This document shows, piece after piece, positions 29,379-41,323 of a stretch of DNA of 64,000 nt. Positions within the stretch are counted from its first letter, which is position 1; each line of letters opens with the position of its first letter. The DNA comes from Vulcanimicrobiota bacterium. GTDB taxonomy: Bacteria > Vulcanimicrobiota > Vulcanimicrobiia > Vulcanimicrobiales > Vulcanimicrobiaceae. The position numbers and the translations under genes were made by a program. The notes under the pieces are model-generated. The model saw only the letters and a program-made list of their open reading frames with translations, did not search any database and was not told where the DNA came from. The stretch lies in the NCBI GenBank assembly GCA_963733295.1, contig CAVTCS010000005.1, positions 132,874-196,873 of the forward strand, given 5' to 3'.

Positions 29379-30276
29379 AGACAGCGCTGCTCGGTGAGAT
29401 CGGGGCTCGCTTCGGCGCCGCAATCATCAACGCGACGCCGAGCACGATGATGCCGGCACCGATTGCCAGATTCCACGAAAACGGTTCGTGCAGGAAACCG
29501 ATCCCGATCACGAGCGCCACGATCGGGTTGACGTAGGAGTACGTCGACGCGAGCGTGGTCGGCACGTTACGCAACAGCCACACGAACGCGCTGAAGCCCA
29601 CGATGCTGCCGGCAAAGATGAGGAAGAGCATCGAGCCGATCGCGACGGGCGTGAACTGGGACGGTGCGAGCGGCTTCTCGAGGAAGAGCGCCATGAGGCC
29701 GAGGACGGGCGCCGCGCACAGCATCTGCATGCTGCTGAACTGCACGACGTCGGCCGTCGTGAAGCGGCGCTGGATCATCGAGCCGTAGGCCCAAGCGAAC
29801 GAGGTGAAGACTCCCAGCACCGTCGGAAGCGTCGGCAGATTCTGCGCACCGCTCGGCGAGTACAGATAGATCATCCCGCCAAGGCCGACGGCGAGGCCGG
29901 CGATCGCCATCGGCGAGAGCCGTTCGGCGTACATGAAATACCCGAGAATCGCCATCCAGAGCGGCGAGAGCGCGAAGAAGACTGCCGCGATGCCGCTCGG
30001 CAAATACAGAAGCGTCCACGCGAAGAGGCCGTTCCCTAACACGAGCAGGACGATTCCGGTGACGGCCGCGCCGAGCCATTCGTTGCGCGTCGGAAGCGGC
30101 GAGCCGCGCATGCGAGAGAAGATCCAAAGAAGAAAACCCGCGCACAAGAAGCGCAGCGCTCCCATCCACCACGGCGGCAACGTCTCGACCGCGAGCCGCA
30201 TTGCCGGCGCGGTCGAACCCCAGACGACGTAGACAATTCCGAGCACGGCCGCCACCACGAGCGAGCGCGGCATCAT
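29359..30276 (-). CDS. EamA/DMT transporter (YedA-like), start uncertain
   Basis: VYVVWGST, RFLCAG, STYSYVNPIVA, ~10 TM. Confidence 0.88.
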   Translation of the reverse strand: MMPRSLVVAAVLGIVYVVWGSTAPAMRLAVETLPPWWMGALRFLCAGFLLWIFSRMRGSPLPTRNEWLGAAVTGIVLLVLGNGLFAWTLLYLPSGIAAVFFALSPLWMAILGYFMYAERLSPMAIAGLAVGLGGMIYLYSPSGAQNLPTLPTVLGVFTSFAWAYGSMIQRRFTTADVVQFSSMQMLCAAPVLGLMALFLEKPLAPSQFTPVAIGSMLFLIFAGSIVGFSAFVWLLRNVPTTLASTYSYVNPIVALVIGIGFLHEPFSWNLAIGAGIIVLGVALMIAAPKRAPISPSSAVCGGSAR

Positions 30277-30334
30277 GCCGGGTGCCGCGCTCTTCGGGCC
30301 GCTGCTTGCGGCGAGCTGGGACACTCCTAGCGCA

Positions 30335-32821
30335 CTAATGCTTACGCGTTGAGACTGCAGTCCGAGCGCGCGCGGGCGTCCGCTTGCGTTCGCCCGGTGC
30401 ACGCTTGCCGTTCGTTCCGTTGGTTCGGCGCATGGGCACGACGACGTTCTCGCCGTTGTGGCCGGAACCGAGGAAGAGCGGCGTGACGATGCGCTTGCCG
30501 AAGGCTTGCTCGAACACATCCGAGATGTCGTCGACCGCCACGAAGGTCATCGTATCGCGGACTTCCTTGGGCACGTCCTCGAGGTCGACTTCGTTGCGTT
30601 TCGGCAACAGAATCTTCGAGATGCCGGCGCGCTTGGCTCCGAGCACCTTCTCCTTGAGGCCACCGATCGGCAAGACGTGACCCGTGAGCGTGATCTCACC
30701 GGTCATCGCGAGATTCGGATCGACCTTGTGGTTCGTCAGCAACGACGCGATCGAGGTTGCGAGCGCGATGCCCGCCGAGGGACCGTCCTTCGGCACCGCA
30801 CCGGCCGGCAAGTGAATGTGCAGATCGTGCTTCCCGAAGTACTCGTCGTTGAGACCCAGCTCCGCCGAATGCGCGCGCAGATACGAGATCGCAGCCGTCG
30901 CGCTCTCTTTCATCACGTCCCCGAGCTGACCGGTCAGGGTGAACTTCCCGGTTCCCGGCATGACCGTCGACTCGATGAACATGATGTCGCCGCCCACCGG
31001 CGTCCAGGCGAGACCCGTCGCGACCCCGACGCGCGCCATGCGCTTCTTCACTTCGTTGAAGAAGCGCGGCTTCGCGAGATATTCCGAAACCGTCTCCGGC
31101 TTGATGCGCGCTTTGAAGCGCGGCTCTTCGGCGATCCTGCGCGCGACCTTCCGGAAAACGGTGCCGATCTCGCGTTCGAGGTTCCGCACTCCCGCTTCAC
31201 GCGTATAGTCGTTGATGACCGTCCGAATCGCGGTGTCGGAGATCTGGGCTTGCGAGTCGCGCAGTCCGTTCGCTTCGCGTTGCTTCTTGAGGAGATAGCG
31301 CTTGGCGATCTGGAGTTTCTCGAACTCGGTGTAGCCGGAGAGCGTGATGATCTCCATCCGGTCGCGCAGCGCCGGGCTGACCGTCTCGAGCTGATTGGCC
31401 GTGCACACGAACAAGACTTGCGAGAGATCGAAGGGCAGGTCGAGGTAGTGGTCGCGGAAGGTGTTGTTCTGCGACGGGTCCAGCACTTCGAGCAGCGCCG
31501 ACTGCGGGTCGCCCCGGTAGTCGGAGCCGACCTTGTCGATCTCGTCGATCATCATAACCGGGTTGCGAGTGCCCGCGTCGCGCAGCGCGCGAACGATGGT
31601 GCCGGGCATCGCACCGATGTAGGTGCGCCGGTGTCCGCGGATCTCGGCTTCGTCGCGAACGCCGCCGACCGAGAGTCGCACGAACTTGCGCCCCATCGCG
31701 CGCGCGATCGAGTGGCCGAGCGAGGTCTTTCCGACGCCGGGAGGTCCGACGAAACAGAGGATCGGACCGGTCAGCTTCTTTTTGAGCTTGCCGACGGCCA
31801 AGTACTCGATGATACGGTCCTTGACTTTTTCGAGGTCGTAGTGATCCTCATCGAGGATCTCGCGCGCCTTCACGATGTCGAGCGAATCGGTCGTCTCTTT
31901 GCCCCACGGCAATTGGACGAGCCAATCGAGGTAGGTCCGGATGACGCTGTACTCCGGGCTCGCCGTCGGGACTTTGGAGAGACGGTCCAGCTCGCGATCC
32001 GCCGCGATGCGGACTTCCTCCGGCATCGCCGCCTCGTCGATCTTCTTGCGCAGCTCGTTGACTTCGGCTTGCTGGGGGTCGGTCTCGCCCAGTTCTTCTT
32101 GAATCGCACGCAGCTGCTGGCGCAAGTAGAACTCGCGCTGGTTCTTCTCCATCTCGCGCTGAATATCGGACTGGATCTTGTGCCCGAGTTCGACGACCTC
32201 CAGCTCCTTGGTCAGGAGCATCGTCAGCTTGCGCATGCGCTTTTCGGTGTTGCGCTCTTCGAGCAACGCTTGCCGATCGGCAGTGTCGAGGCGCATCGAA
32301 CTCGCGACGAAGTACGTCAGCAAGTTCGAATCGTTGATGTTGTTGACTTCCATCTCCATCTCGCGCGGCGCCTGAGGCAGGTAGCCGATCAACTTGGAGA
32401 AGAGCCCCGCAAGGTTGCGGTGCATCGCCACGAGCTCGCCCGATTGTTTGGTCTCGTCGGGAAGTGCGGTAACGTTGGCCGCCAAATAGGGTTCGGTCTG
32501 CGTGAACGAATCGATCCGGAACACCGAGTTGCCGCCGACGATGCAACGGATCGTGCCGTCGGGGACCTTGATCATGCGCTGAATCGAACCGAGCGTGCCG
32601 ACGCTGCGAACGTCGTCGGGACCGGGATCGTCGGTGTCCTTGTCCTTGAGCGCGACGAGACCGATCTGACGGCCGTCGCGCAAGGCTTCTTCGACGAGGG
32701 CGATGCCTGGTTTCTTGACGATCGCGAGAGGAATCACGGTATTCGGAAAGAGCACGGCGTCTTGCAGCGGCAGGATGCCGAGCACGTCGGTTTTCTTTCC
32801 GCGGGTTGTCGAACTGGCCAT
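30335..32821 (-). CDS. lon: ATP-dependent Lon protease
   Basis: [41 protein letters not shown]. Confidence 0.97.
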   Translation of the reverse strand: MASSTTRGKKTDVLGILPLQDAVLFPNTVIPLAIVKKPGIALVEEALRDGRQIGLVALKDKDTDDPGPDDVRSVGTLGSIQRMIKVPDGTIRCIVGGNSVFRIDSFTQTEPYLAANVTALPDETKQSGELVAMHRNLAGLFSKLIGYLPQAPREMEMEVNNINDSNLLTYFVASSMRLDTADRQALLEERNTEKRMRKLTMLLTKELEVVELGHKIQSDIQREMEKNQREFYLRQQLRAIQEELGETDPQQAEVNELRKKIDEAAMPEEVRIAADRELDRLSKVPTASPEYSVIRTYLDWLVQLPWGKETTDSLDIVKAREILDEDHYDLEKVKDRIIEYLAVGKLKKKLTGPILCFVGPPGVGKTSLGHSIARAMGRKFVRLSVGGVRDEAEIRGHRRTYIGAMPGTIVRALRDAGTRNPVMMIDEIDKVGSDYRGDPQSALLEVLDPSQNNTFRDHYLDLPFDLSQVLFVCTANQLETVSPALRDRMEIITLSGYTEFEKLQIAKRYLLKKQREANGLRDSQAQISDTAIRTVINDYTREAGVRNLEREIGTVFRKVARRIAEEPRFKARIKPETVSEYLAKPRFFNEVKKRMARVGVATGLAWTPVGGDIMFIESTVMPGTGKFTLTGQLGDVMKESATAAISYLRAHSAELGLNDEYFGKHDLHIHLPAGAVPKDGPSAGIALATSIASLLTNHKVDPNLAMTGEITLTGHVLPIGGLKEKVLGAKRAGISKILLPKRNEVDLEDVPKEVRDTMTFVAVDDISDVFEQAFGKRIVTPLFLGSGHNGENVVVPMRRTNGTNGKRAPGERKRTPARARTAVSTRKH

Positions 32822-33249
32822 CAGGCGGGAATCCTTCTAACGATCATTCTGAATTCGGTCCGGCCCCTGGGAAGCTCGGCGTCTTCCGAAACCGGTAAGC
32901 TTATGGTGAGCATGCCGTCGCGATAGGAAGCGGTTGCGGCTTCGTAATCCACCGGGACCGGTAAGTGAATTTTTTTGACGAACTCGCCGTACTCGATCTC
33001 TTTCATGAGAATCGAACCGCGGCCGGAGCGCTCGGCATCGTGACGGCGTCCATGAATGTAAAGCCGCTGCTCTTCGACGTGCACGCGCAATTCGGCCGGC
33101 TCGGCTGCGGCGACTTCGACGTCGACCACGATCGCGTTCCCGTCGTCGCTCAAATAGACGTCGGCGTTCGGCTCGAAGCGACCGGGGCGAACGCCTCGAG
33201 CCAACTCGGCGAACGTAACGTCAAAATCGCGGAAGAACTCGTCCCTCAT
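32821..33249 (-). CDS. Hsp20/alpha-crystallin small heat shock protein
   Basis: PNADVY, EIEYGEF, ASYRDGMLTISLP; coupled to lon. Confidence 0.88.
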   Translation of the reverse strand: MRDEFFRDFDVTFAELARGVRPGRFEPNADVYLSDDGNAIVVDVEVAAAEPAELRVHVEEQRLYIHGRRHDAERSGRGSILMKEIEYGEFVKKIHLPVPVDYEAATASYRDGMLTISLPVSEDAELPRGRTEFRMIVRRIPA

Positions 33250-33250
33250 C

Positions 33251-33277
33251 TTAGCACTCTCTCGGACACACTGCTAG
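33251..33277 (-). promoter_or_regulatory. CIRCE (HrcA operator) overlapping hsp20 RBS
   Basis: TTAGCACTC-N9-CACTGCTAG, one perfect arm. Confidence 0.75.
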
Positions 33278-33467
33278 GTCGGAAAGTTTCTGTTCCCGGG
33301 GCGCCTATTTTCGCCTCGCGCCGCCGCTCGTCCGGTACCGGTGCCCGTTATTCTTACCTTATATAGCAAGCAAGCGCATTTCGCCTCAACGCTTCAGTGC
33401 GCGAGTCGCTTGCGAAAAGATGTACCCGCTTACGCCGCGACGGCGTCGCGGCGTCGCTCCGCCGGCC

Positions 33468-33944
33468 CTAGGCGACGCGCCGCATGATCGGCGAGCTGAC
33501 GCCGTAGAGCGACCCGGCGTGGTCGTGCCGGACGGCCTCCCCGAGCGTCCGCGCGGCGTGAGCTTCGGAGCCGCGAATGACGCGACGTTCCTCGGCGTTG
33601 TCGTAGGTCGCGTCGTAGCGCGCTTCCCCGCGTTCGCGAATCCAGGCCGGGACCGTGGCGTGATCCAGTTCGTGACCGAGGCCGAGCGCCGGCGACTGCC
33701 GGCCGCCCTCGGTCGTGACGAGCGCGCTGTGCGGATCCCAATTGATCGTGTCGGTGGCCGGATTGAACGAATCATCTCCGCGCCGGTTGAGGTGCAAGTG
33801 CAACGGACGGCCTGCACCTTCGGCCCGGCGCACGACCTCGCGCATGCGACTGTCGCGGTCCAAATACCGCACCGCGCGCGCGAAATCGCCACGCGCCGCG
33901 GCCGGCATGTCGAGCGTTCCGGCGGCATAGATCGGAGCATACAT
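33468..33944 (-). CDS. Small HExxH zinc metalloprotease (M91/NleD-HopH-like)
   Basis: INWDP..SPALGLGHELDHA..NAEERRVI..E..ARTLGE..R. Confidence 0.7.
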   Translation of the reverse strand: MYAPIYAAGTLDMPAAARGDFARAVRYLDRDSRMREVVRRAEGAGRPLHLHLNRRGDDSFNPATDTINWDPHSALVTTEGGRQSPALGLGHELDHATVPAWIRERGEARYDATYDNAEERRVIRGSEAHAARTLGEAVRHDHAGSLYGVSSPIMRRVA

Positions 33945-34165
33945 CCGCGAGAAATCTCCCGTTGGCGAAAGGCCTCTTCGCCTCGACTATCACGCGAGAT
34001 GCCGGCCTTCGCAAGAGAGGACGTTTCGGCGCGCGACGCACCCGCGTTGCGCGAGGAGACGGCGCGTTCGCTGGGGCGACTCGTCCAAGCGCATTTCGAC
34101 GCGGGTACTTAACGCGATGGGGCGCCGTCATTCGGTCGCCACATCGAGGCAACACATTGAGAACG

Positions 34166-34528
34166 ATGCGTCCGGTACTCGCCGCCGTGCTCCAAGTAGC
34201 CGGCGTGTTCGCAATCGGGGCGGCCGGCTACGCGCTTGCCGCAACGTTCCATCTGCCGCTTCCCGGAAACGTACTGGCAATCGTCCTGCTCTATGCGTTG
34301 CTGGCGACCCGGATCGTGCGCCTCGAGTGGCTCGATCGCGGCGCGACGCTCGTAACCGCGAACTTGGTTCTCTTCATCGTTCCGCTGGCAGCCGGATTGA
34401 TGACCCTGGGCAACGTTCTGCTGCGTCACGGCTTGCCGCTGATTCTGGTCTTACTCGTCAGTCTCGCTTGCGGCATCGTCGTAACCGGCCGGATCGCCGA
34501 ACGTTCCGAAGGCGCGGTGCAATCGTGA
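34166..34528 (+). CDS. CidA/LrgA family protein
   Basis: LPLPGNVL, LFIVPLAAGLM; upstream of LrgB. Confidence 0.85.
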   Translation: MRPVLAAVLQVAGVFAIGAAGYALAATFHLPLPGNVLAIVLLYALLATRIVRLEWLDRGATLVTANLVLFIVPLAAGLMTLGNVLLRHGLPLILVLLVSLACGIVVTGRIAERSEGAVQS

Positions 34529-35223
34529 GTCCCGGCGATTCGCTCGGCGCGATCGCCTTGACCGTTGCGGCATACGTGGCCGGCCGCACGCTGCGCAAAG
34601 GCGTCTGCCATCCGCTGACGACGCCGCTCTTCGCGAGCACGCTGATCGTGTGCGGTGCGCTCGTCGCGGCGCACATTCCTTACGACGCGTACCGCTCGGG
34701 AGCCGATCCGATCGCGCGCGCTCTGGGCCCGCTCAGCGCCGCGCTCGCGGTCCCGCTTTACAAGAATCGGGGAGCGCTCGGGAAACGTTTGCGCGTCGCG
34801 CTGCTCGCGCTCGTCGCCGGATCGCTCGCCTCCATTTGCGTCGCGGTCGTTCTGGGCCGCCTCGCGCTGATTCCGCGCGACGTTTTGATGGCGCTCGGTC
34901 TCAAGTCGTCGACTTCGCCGATCGCGCTCGAACTGGCGCGGGCTCTCAACGTGAGCCCGAGCCTTACGGTCGGTCTCGTCGTCGCAACCGGGATGCTCGG
35001 GGCCATGTTCGGGCCGCCGTTGCTCGATCTCGTTCGCGTCCGAGCACCGCTCGCTCGAGGGCTCACGCTCGGTACCATGGCCCACGTGAGTGGTTCGGCG
35101 CAAGCCTACTTTGAGGGCGAGACGACAGGCGCCGTCTCGGGCTTTGCGGTGGGTGCGACCGGGGTCCTGATGTCGCTGACCGCGCCTGCAATTTTGCCCC
35201 TACTCACGCACGGAATGCAATAG
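34525..35223 (+). CDS. LrgB/CidB family protein
   Basis: LGP..ALAVPLY, KSSTSPIA, ARGLTLGTMAH. Confidence 0.88.
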   Translation: MSPGDSLGAIALTVAAYVAGRTLRKGVCHPLTTPLFASTLIVCGALVAAHIPYDAYRSGADPIARALGPLSAALAVPLYKNRGALGKRLRVALLALVAGSLASICVAVVLGRLALIPRDVLMALGLKSSTSPIALELARALNVSPSLTVGLVVATGMLGAMFGPPLLDLVRVRAPLARGLTLGTMAHVSGSAQAYFEGETTGAVSGFAVGATGVLMSLTAPAILPLLTHGMQ

Positions 35224-35277
35224 CGCGAGGGCAATCATCCACAGGTTCTACACCCTGTGGGCAACATTTAACCACGA

Positions 35278-35316
35278 AACAAATCGGACTCGCCCGAAGG
35301 CGAGCCCGATTTTGTT
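35278..35316. terminator. Bidirectional terminator between lrgB and groEL
   Basis: AACAAATCGG-ACTCGCC-cgaa-GGCGAGC-CCGATTTTGTT. Confidence 0.75.
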
Positions 35317-35368
35317 GCGTTCGTTAACAGGTTATTAACAATCGATGAAGTCTCGCTTATGGGCGAGA

Positions 35369-37045
<1,677 letters not shown>

Positions 37046-37357
37046 CTAAACTCCTACGGCGACTTTGGCGTCGGTGAAGACGGCCAGCACGTCTTTTTCA
37101 GAAACGATAAGGTACTCTTTGCCTTCGATTTTGATCTCGCTCCCCGAGTACTTGGAGAAAACGATACGGTCGCCGGGCTTCACGTCCATCGGAAGCTTGG
37201 TTCCGTTGTCGAGCGTGCGGCCGGAACCGACCGCCAGCACTTTGCCCTCCTGGGGCTTCTCCTTGGCGGTATCGGGCAGAAAAACGCCTCCGGCGCTCTT
37301 GTCAGCCTGCTCGACGTGTTCGACGACCAGACGATCGCCCAAGGGCCTAAGATTCAC
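37046..37357 (-). CDS. groS: Co-chaperonin GroES
   Basis: [26 protein letters not shown]. Confidence 0.97.
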   Translation of the reverse strand: MNLRPLGDRLVVEHVEQADKSAGGVFLPDTAKEKPQEGKVLAVGSGRTLDNGTKLPMDVKPGDRIVFSKYSGSEIKIEGKEYLIVSEKDVLAVFTDAKVAVGV

Positions 37358-37390
37358 GAAAGACCTCCACTGATCTCACTTTGAGGGAAA

Positions 37391-37417
37391 TTGGCACTCG
37401 TGGCAGATAACTGCCAA
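37391..37417 (-). promoter_or_regulatory. CIRCE box 1 of groESL
   Basis: TTGGCACTC-N9-AACTGCCAA. Confidence 0.75.
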
Positions 37418-37426
37418 CGACTGCAA

Positions 37427-37456
37427 ATGTTAGCAGACTCCGGGGCCGAGTGCAAG
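37427..37456 (-). promoter_or_regulatory. groESL promoter overlapped by CIRCE box 2
   Basis: Minus strand TTGCAC-17 nt-TAACAT; plus strand TTAGCAGAC-N9-GAGTGCAAG. Confidence 0.75.
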
Positions 37457-37538
37457 CGTCAGGGACTTCCCGGTCCGGTGTCGAGAACGCCGTTAGCGCC
37501 GCAGTTTTGCCCGAGCGGCGCCGTCCTAAGGAGACCCG

Positions 37539-39383
37539 ATGGCCCTCGACCCCCGAATTCAGCTCTTGATGTGGGTGATCCAGAAGTCCGGAAACGGCTT
37601 CCGGCCAGACGGCACCGTGGACTCCTTTCGCAAAGCGTACTCGACCGGGATGCGCAGCCTCGGGCCGAAGGCGCCCGAGGGCGTGGCTGTCCGCGAGCTC
37701 TCCATTCCCATGGACGACGGAACCTCGATCGGCGCTCGCCTCTATCTGCCGGAGCCCGCTGCGGGCGACGGTCCGCTGCCGGTCCTCCTCTACTTCCACG
37801 GCGGCGGTTGGGTCATGGGAGACGTGGACAGCTACGACGGGCTGACACGGTTTCTCGCCCGCGAGGGGCGGATCGCCGTCCTTTCGGTCGACTACCGCCT
37901 CGGCCCCGAGCACCCGTTCCCGCGCGGCCACGAAGACGCGTTCGGCGCCCTGCAATGGCTCCAGGAGAACGCCGGCGGCCTCGGGCTCGCGCCCGGCCGG
38001 ATCGCAGTCGGCGGCGAAAGCGCGGGCGGCGGTCTGGCCGCGACGCTGGCCTCGTACGCGGAATCGCGCGGCCTGCGGCGGCCCGATTTCGCCTTCCTCA
38101 TCTATCCCTCGGTCGACGGTACGGCGCGCTTTCCATCGCGCAAGCGCTTCACCGGGAACTATCCGCTGACGCCCGAGGTGATCGCGTGGTTCGCGAAATA
38201 TGCGACGAGCGGTCCGGGCGACAAGGCGATGCCGCTCTTCGTTCCGCTCGACGCGCCGAACCCCGAGCGGCATCCACCCACTCACATTCTGGCCGCAGCC
38301 TACGACCCGCTCGTCGACGAAGGACACGCGTACTACGAGCGGCTGCGCGCGGCCGGGGTACCCGTCACGTACGACTTGCGGGAAACGCTTGCGCACCACT
38401 TCGTCGGCTTCGCCGGAATCGTGCCTGAAGCACGGCGCGCACTCGTCGACGGAATTCAAGTCACCGCGGCCGCGCTCGGGGTCCGGCGCGTGGCCGCGCT
38501 GACCGGAGCGGGTTCGGGGATCGGACGCGCGCTCGCGCACGATCTGGCGCGTCTCGGTTACGCGCTCGCGCTGGCCGACAGCCACGCAGCGGCACTCGCC
38601 GAAACGGTACGCGAACTCGAAGGCGACACGAAAGTCACCTCGCACGTCGTCGACGTCGCGAACAAGGCGCAGGTCGACGACTTCGCCGAGCGCGTCATCG
38701 CCGAGCACGGCCGGGTCGACCTGCTGATCAACAACGCCGGCGTCGGGCTCGCCGGCGACGTCGAAGAAGTCGCGGTCGAGGAAATCGAATGGCTGATGAA
38801 CGTCAACTTCTGGGGCACGGTCTACGGGGTCAAGGCCTTCTTGCCGGCGCTCAAGCGCGCCGGCGACGCGACGATCGTCAACATCTCGAGCGCCTACGGT
38901 CTTTTTGGACCGCCGGGACAGGCGGCGTACGCGGCGAGCAAGTTCGCGGTGCGCGGCTTCAGCGAATCGCTGCGGGCCGAACTGCGCGCCGCGGGCGTGC
39001 ACGTCTTGACCGTGCATCCGGGCGGAATCAAGACGAACATCGTCCGCAATTCGCGCATTGCCGCCGGCACCGACCACGCGAAAGCTCACGCGCGCGGACG
39101 CAAGTTCGAGGATGTGGCGCTGAAGCTGCATCCGCGCACGGCCGCCCACGCCATCGTGCGCGGAATACGGCGACACGCGGATCGCGTGCTGATCGGCGAG
39201 GACGCGCTGCGCATCGATCTGATCACCCGCGCCCTAGGGCCGGCCGGCTCGAAGTTGCTGGGCGAGATGTTTCTGCGCGGCGCGGCCAAATTCGACGCGC
39301 GCTGGTCCGGCGCCGATGAAAAGTCCATCCCGCGCGAGAAAACGGTTGACGTACATTTGTCTCCGAGAGAGGATCTCCTATGA
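37539..39383 (+). CDS. Fusion: HSL-family alpha/beta hydrolase (esterase) + short-chain dehydrogenase
   Basis: HGGGW, GESAGG, DPL..HHF then TGAGSGIG, NNAG, YAASK in one frame. Confidence 0.88.
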   Translation: MALDPRIQLLMWVIQKSGNGFRPDGTVDSFRKAYSTGMRSLGPKAPEGVAVRELSIPMDDGTSIGARLYLPEPAAGDGPLPVLLYFHGGGWVMGDVDSYDGLTRFLAREGRIAVLSVDYRLGPEHPFPRGHEDAFGALQWLQENAGGLGLAPGRIAVGGESAGGGLAATLASYAESRGLRRPDFAFLIYPSVDGTARFPSRKRFTGNYPLTPEVIAWFAKYATSGPGDKAMPLFVPLDAPNPERHPPTHILAAAYDPLVDEGHAYYERLRAAGVPVTYDLRETLAHHFVGFAGIVPEARRALVDGIQVTAAALGVRRVAALTGAGSGIGRALAHDLARLGYALALADSHAAALAETVRELEGDTKVTSHVVDVANKAQVDDFAERVIAEHGRVDLLINNAGVGLAGDVEEVAVEEIEWLMNVNFWGTVYGVKAFLPALKRAGDATIVNISSAYGLFGPPGQAAYAASKFAVRGFSESLRAELRAAGVHVLTVHPGGIKTNIVRNSRIAAGTDHAKAHARGRKFEDVALKLHPRTAAHAIVRGIRRHADRVLIGEDALRIDLITRALGPAGSKLLGEMFLRGAAKFDARWSGADEKSIPREKTVDVHLSPREDLL

Positions 39384-39480
39384 GACGACGCCTTCGCGTC
39401 GCGCCCGACGTCACGGCGGCCGAGCCGAAGAGCCTGCCGGCGTTCACGTACTCCTCGCTCTAAGCGTCCGGATTTCGTAA

Positions 39481-40938
39481 ACGAAGCCTTTAGACGCAGA
39501 AACGATCGTGGTCGGCGCGGGCTTCGGCGGCTTGGGGCTCGCCCTGCAGCTGCAGCGCGCCGGCCACGATTCGTTTCTCATACTCGAGCGCGCGAGTGAG
39601 GTCGGGGGGACGTGGCGCGATAACGTCTATCCCGGTTGCGCCTGCGACATCCCGGCGATGCTCTACTCGTTTTCGTTCTCACCCGACGTCGCGTGGACGC
39701 GGATCTATCCGCAACAGGCTGAGATTCTCGAGTATCTCAAGCGCACCGCCGGCGCGAACGGACTGCGTTCGAAGATTCGCTTCAACAGCGCGCTGGAGGA
39801 AGCGCACTTCGACGAGTCGCGCGGCATCTGGAAGCTACGCTTGGGAGACGGCGCGACGTTGCTCTGTCGTACGCTGGCGCTCGCGATGGGACCGCTCAGC
39901 AAACCGAACGTCCCGCGGGTCGCCGGCGTCGAAGGCTTCGCGGGGCCGGCGTTTCATTCGGCCCGCTGGGATCGCTCGGTGGATCTGCACGGAAAACGCG
40001 TCGCGGTCGTCGGGACCGGCGCGAGCGCGATTCAGTTCGTCCCGGAAATCGCAGCGCAAGCGGCTGCGCTCACGATCCTCCAGCGCACCCCTCCTTGGAT
40101 CATTCCGCGCAACGACAAACCGGTCGAAGGCTGGCGCAACGCCTTGCGCTCGCGCGTACGACCCTCCGCCTGGCTCGAGCGCAAGACGATCTATTGGATG
40201 CTCGAAATGCGCGCGCTCGGCTTCATCGCGAATCCGAAAATTCTGGAACGCCGCGAAGCGGACATCCGCAAGTTTCTGGAGCTCTCGGTGGCCGACCCGG
40301 TCCTTCGCGCGAAGCTCACGCCCGAGTACCGCGCGGGCTGCAAACGCATCTTGATCTCCGACGATTATTATCCGGCGATCCAACGCCCGAACGTCGAACT
40401 GATCGCCTCGCCGCTGCGGGAAATCCGCCGGCACTCGGTCGTCGCCGAGGACGGCACCGAACGAGACGCCGACGTCATCGTCTACGCCACCGGCTTCAAA
40501 GCCACCGAAGGCTTCGCGCCGGTTCGCATCTACGGACGCAACGGTGCGGAACTCGGCGACGTCTGGTCTGACGGAATGAGCGCCTACTTAGGAACGAGCG
40601 TCGCAGGCTTCCCAAACTTGTTTTTCATCATCGGACCGAACACCGGCCTCGGGCACAACTCGATGATCTTCATGATGGAGTCGCAATACCGCTACATCCT
40701 CGCCGCGCTCGCGTACTTGCGCGCGAGCGGAGCGCGTTCGATCGACGTTCAGACTGTCGTGCAGTTCGCGTTCAATGCGATGCTGCAGCGCCGCTTGAAG
40801 GGCACGGTCTGGGCGTCCGGCTGCTCGAGCTGGTACATCGACGCTCGGGGCAAGAACACGGCGCTCTGGCCCGGCTTCACTTTCGCGTACAAGCGCTTGA
40901 CGCGCAACTTCGACCCCAGGAAATACCGGCTGAACTGA
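39481..40938 (+). CDS. Flavin-containing (Baeyer-Villiger type) monooxygenase; start codon unclear
   Basis: GAGFGG, GGTWRDNVYPGCACD, FAGPAFHSARWD (FxGxxxHxxxW), GTGASA, ATGF; in-frame TAA at 39478, first canonical start GTG 39508 lies inside the first Rossmann strand. Confidence 0.9.
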   Translation, partial: TKPLDAETIVVGAGFGGLGLALQLQRAGHDSFLILERASEVGGTWRDNVYPGCACDIPAMLYSFSFSPDVAWTRIYPQQAEILEYLKRTAGANGLRSKIRFNSALEEAHFDESRGIWKLRLGDGATLLCRTLALAMGPLSKPNVPRVAGVEGFAGPAFHSARWDRSVDLHGKRVAVVGTGASAIQFVPEIAAQAAALTILQRTPPWIIPRNDKPVEGWRNALRSRVRPSAWLERKTIYWMLEMRALGFIANPKILERREADIRKFLELSVADPVLRAKLTPEYRAGCKRILISDDYYPAIQRPNVELIASPLREIRRHSVVAEDGTERDADVIVYATGFKATEGFAPVRIYGRNGAELGDVWSDGMSAYLGTSVAGFPNLFFIIGPNTGLGHNSMIFMMESQYRYILAALAYLRASGARSIDVQTVVQFAFNAMLQRRLKGTVWASGCSSWYIDARGKNTALWPGFTFAYKRLTRNFDPRKYRLN

Positions 40939-40940
40939 GC

Positions 40941-40985
40941 TTGACAGAGCCCGCATTTCATGATAGCTAAGTAATCACTTAACTA
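40941..40985 (+). promoter_or_regulatory. Promoter/ArsR operator
   Basis: TTGACA at 40941; inverted repeat TAGcTAAGT-aatc-ACTTAaCTA at 40964-40985. Confidence 0.6.
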
Positions 40986-40991
40986 AAGTAG

Positions 40992-41321
40992 ATGCTTAAC
41001 CAAAAACCTACGCTCGATCTCGTCTTTGGGGCGCTCTCCGACCCGGCCCGCCGCTCGATGGTCGAGCGGCTGACTCGCGGGCCGGCCTCGATTTCGGAAT
41101 TGGCCGAACCGCTGGCAATGTCGCTTTCGGCGGTCATTCAGCACGTCGCGGTCCTTGAGACGAGCGGTCTGGTGCATTCGAAGAAAAACGGGCGAACGCG
41201 CACCTGCCGTATCGAGCCGGCAGGGTTGCGCTCGGCCGAAAAATGGCTCGGCGCGCGGCGAGGGATGTGGGAGCGGCAGCTCGACGGTCTCGCCGACTAT
41301 CTCAGCAAAACGAAAGGGTAA
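40992..41321 (+). CDS. ArsR/SmtB family regulator
   Basis: FGALSDPARR, SISELA, QHVAVLETSGLV. Confidence 0.9.
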   Translation: MLNQKPTLDLVFGALSDPARRSMVERLTRGPASISELAEPLAMSLSAVIQHVAVLETSGLVHSKKNGRTRTCRIEPAGLRSAEKWLGARRGMWERQLDGLADYLSKTKG

Positions 41322-41323
41322 CG

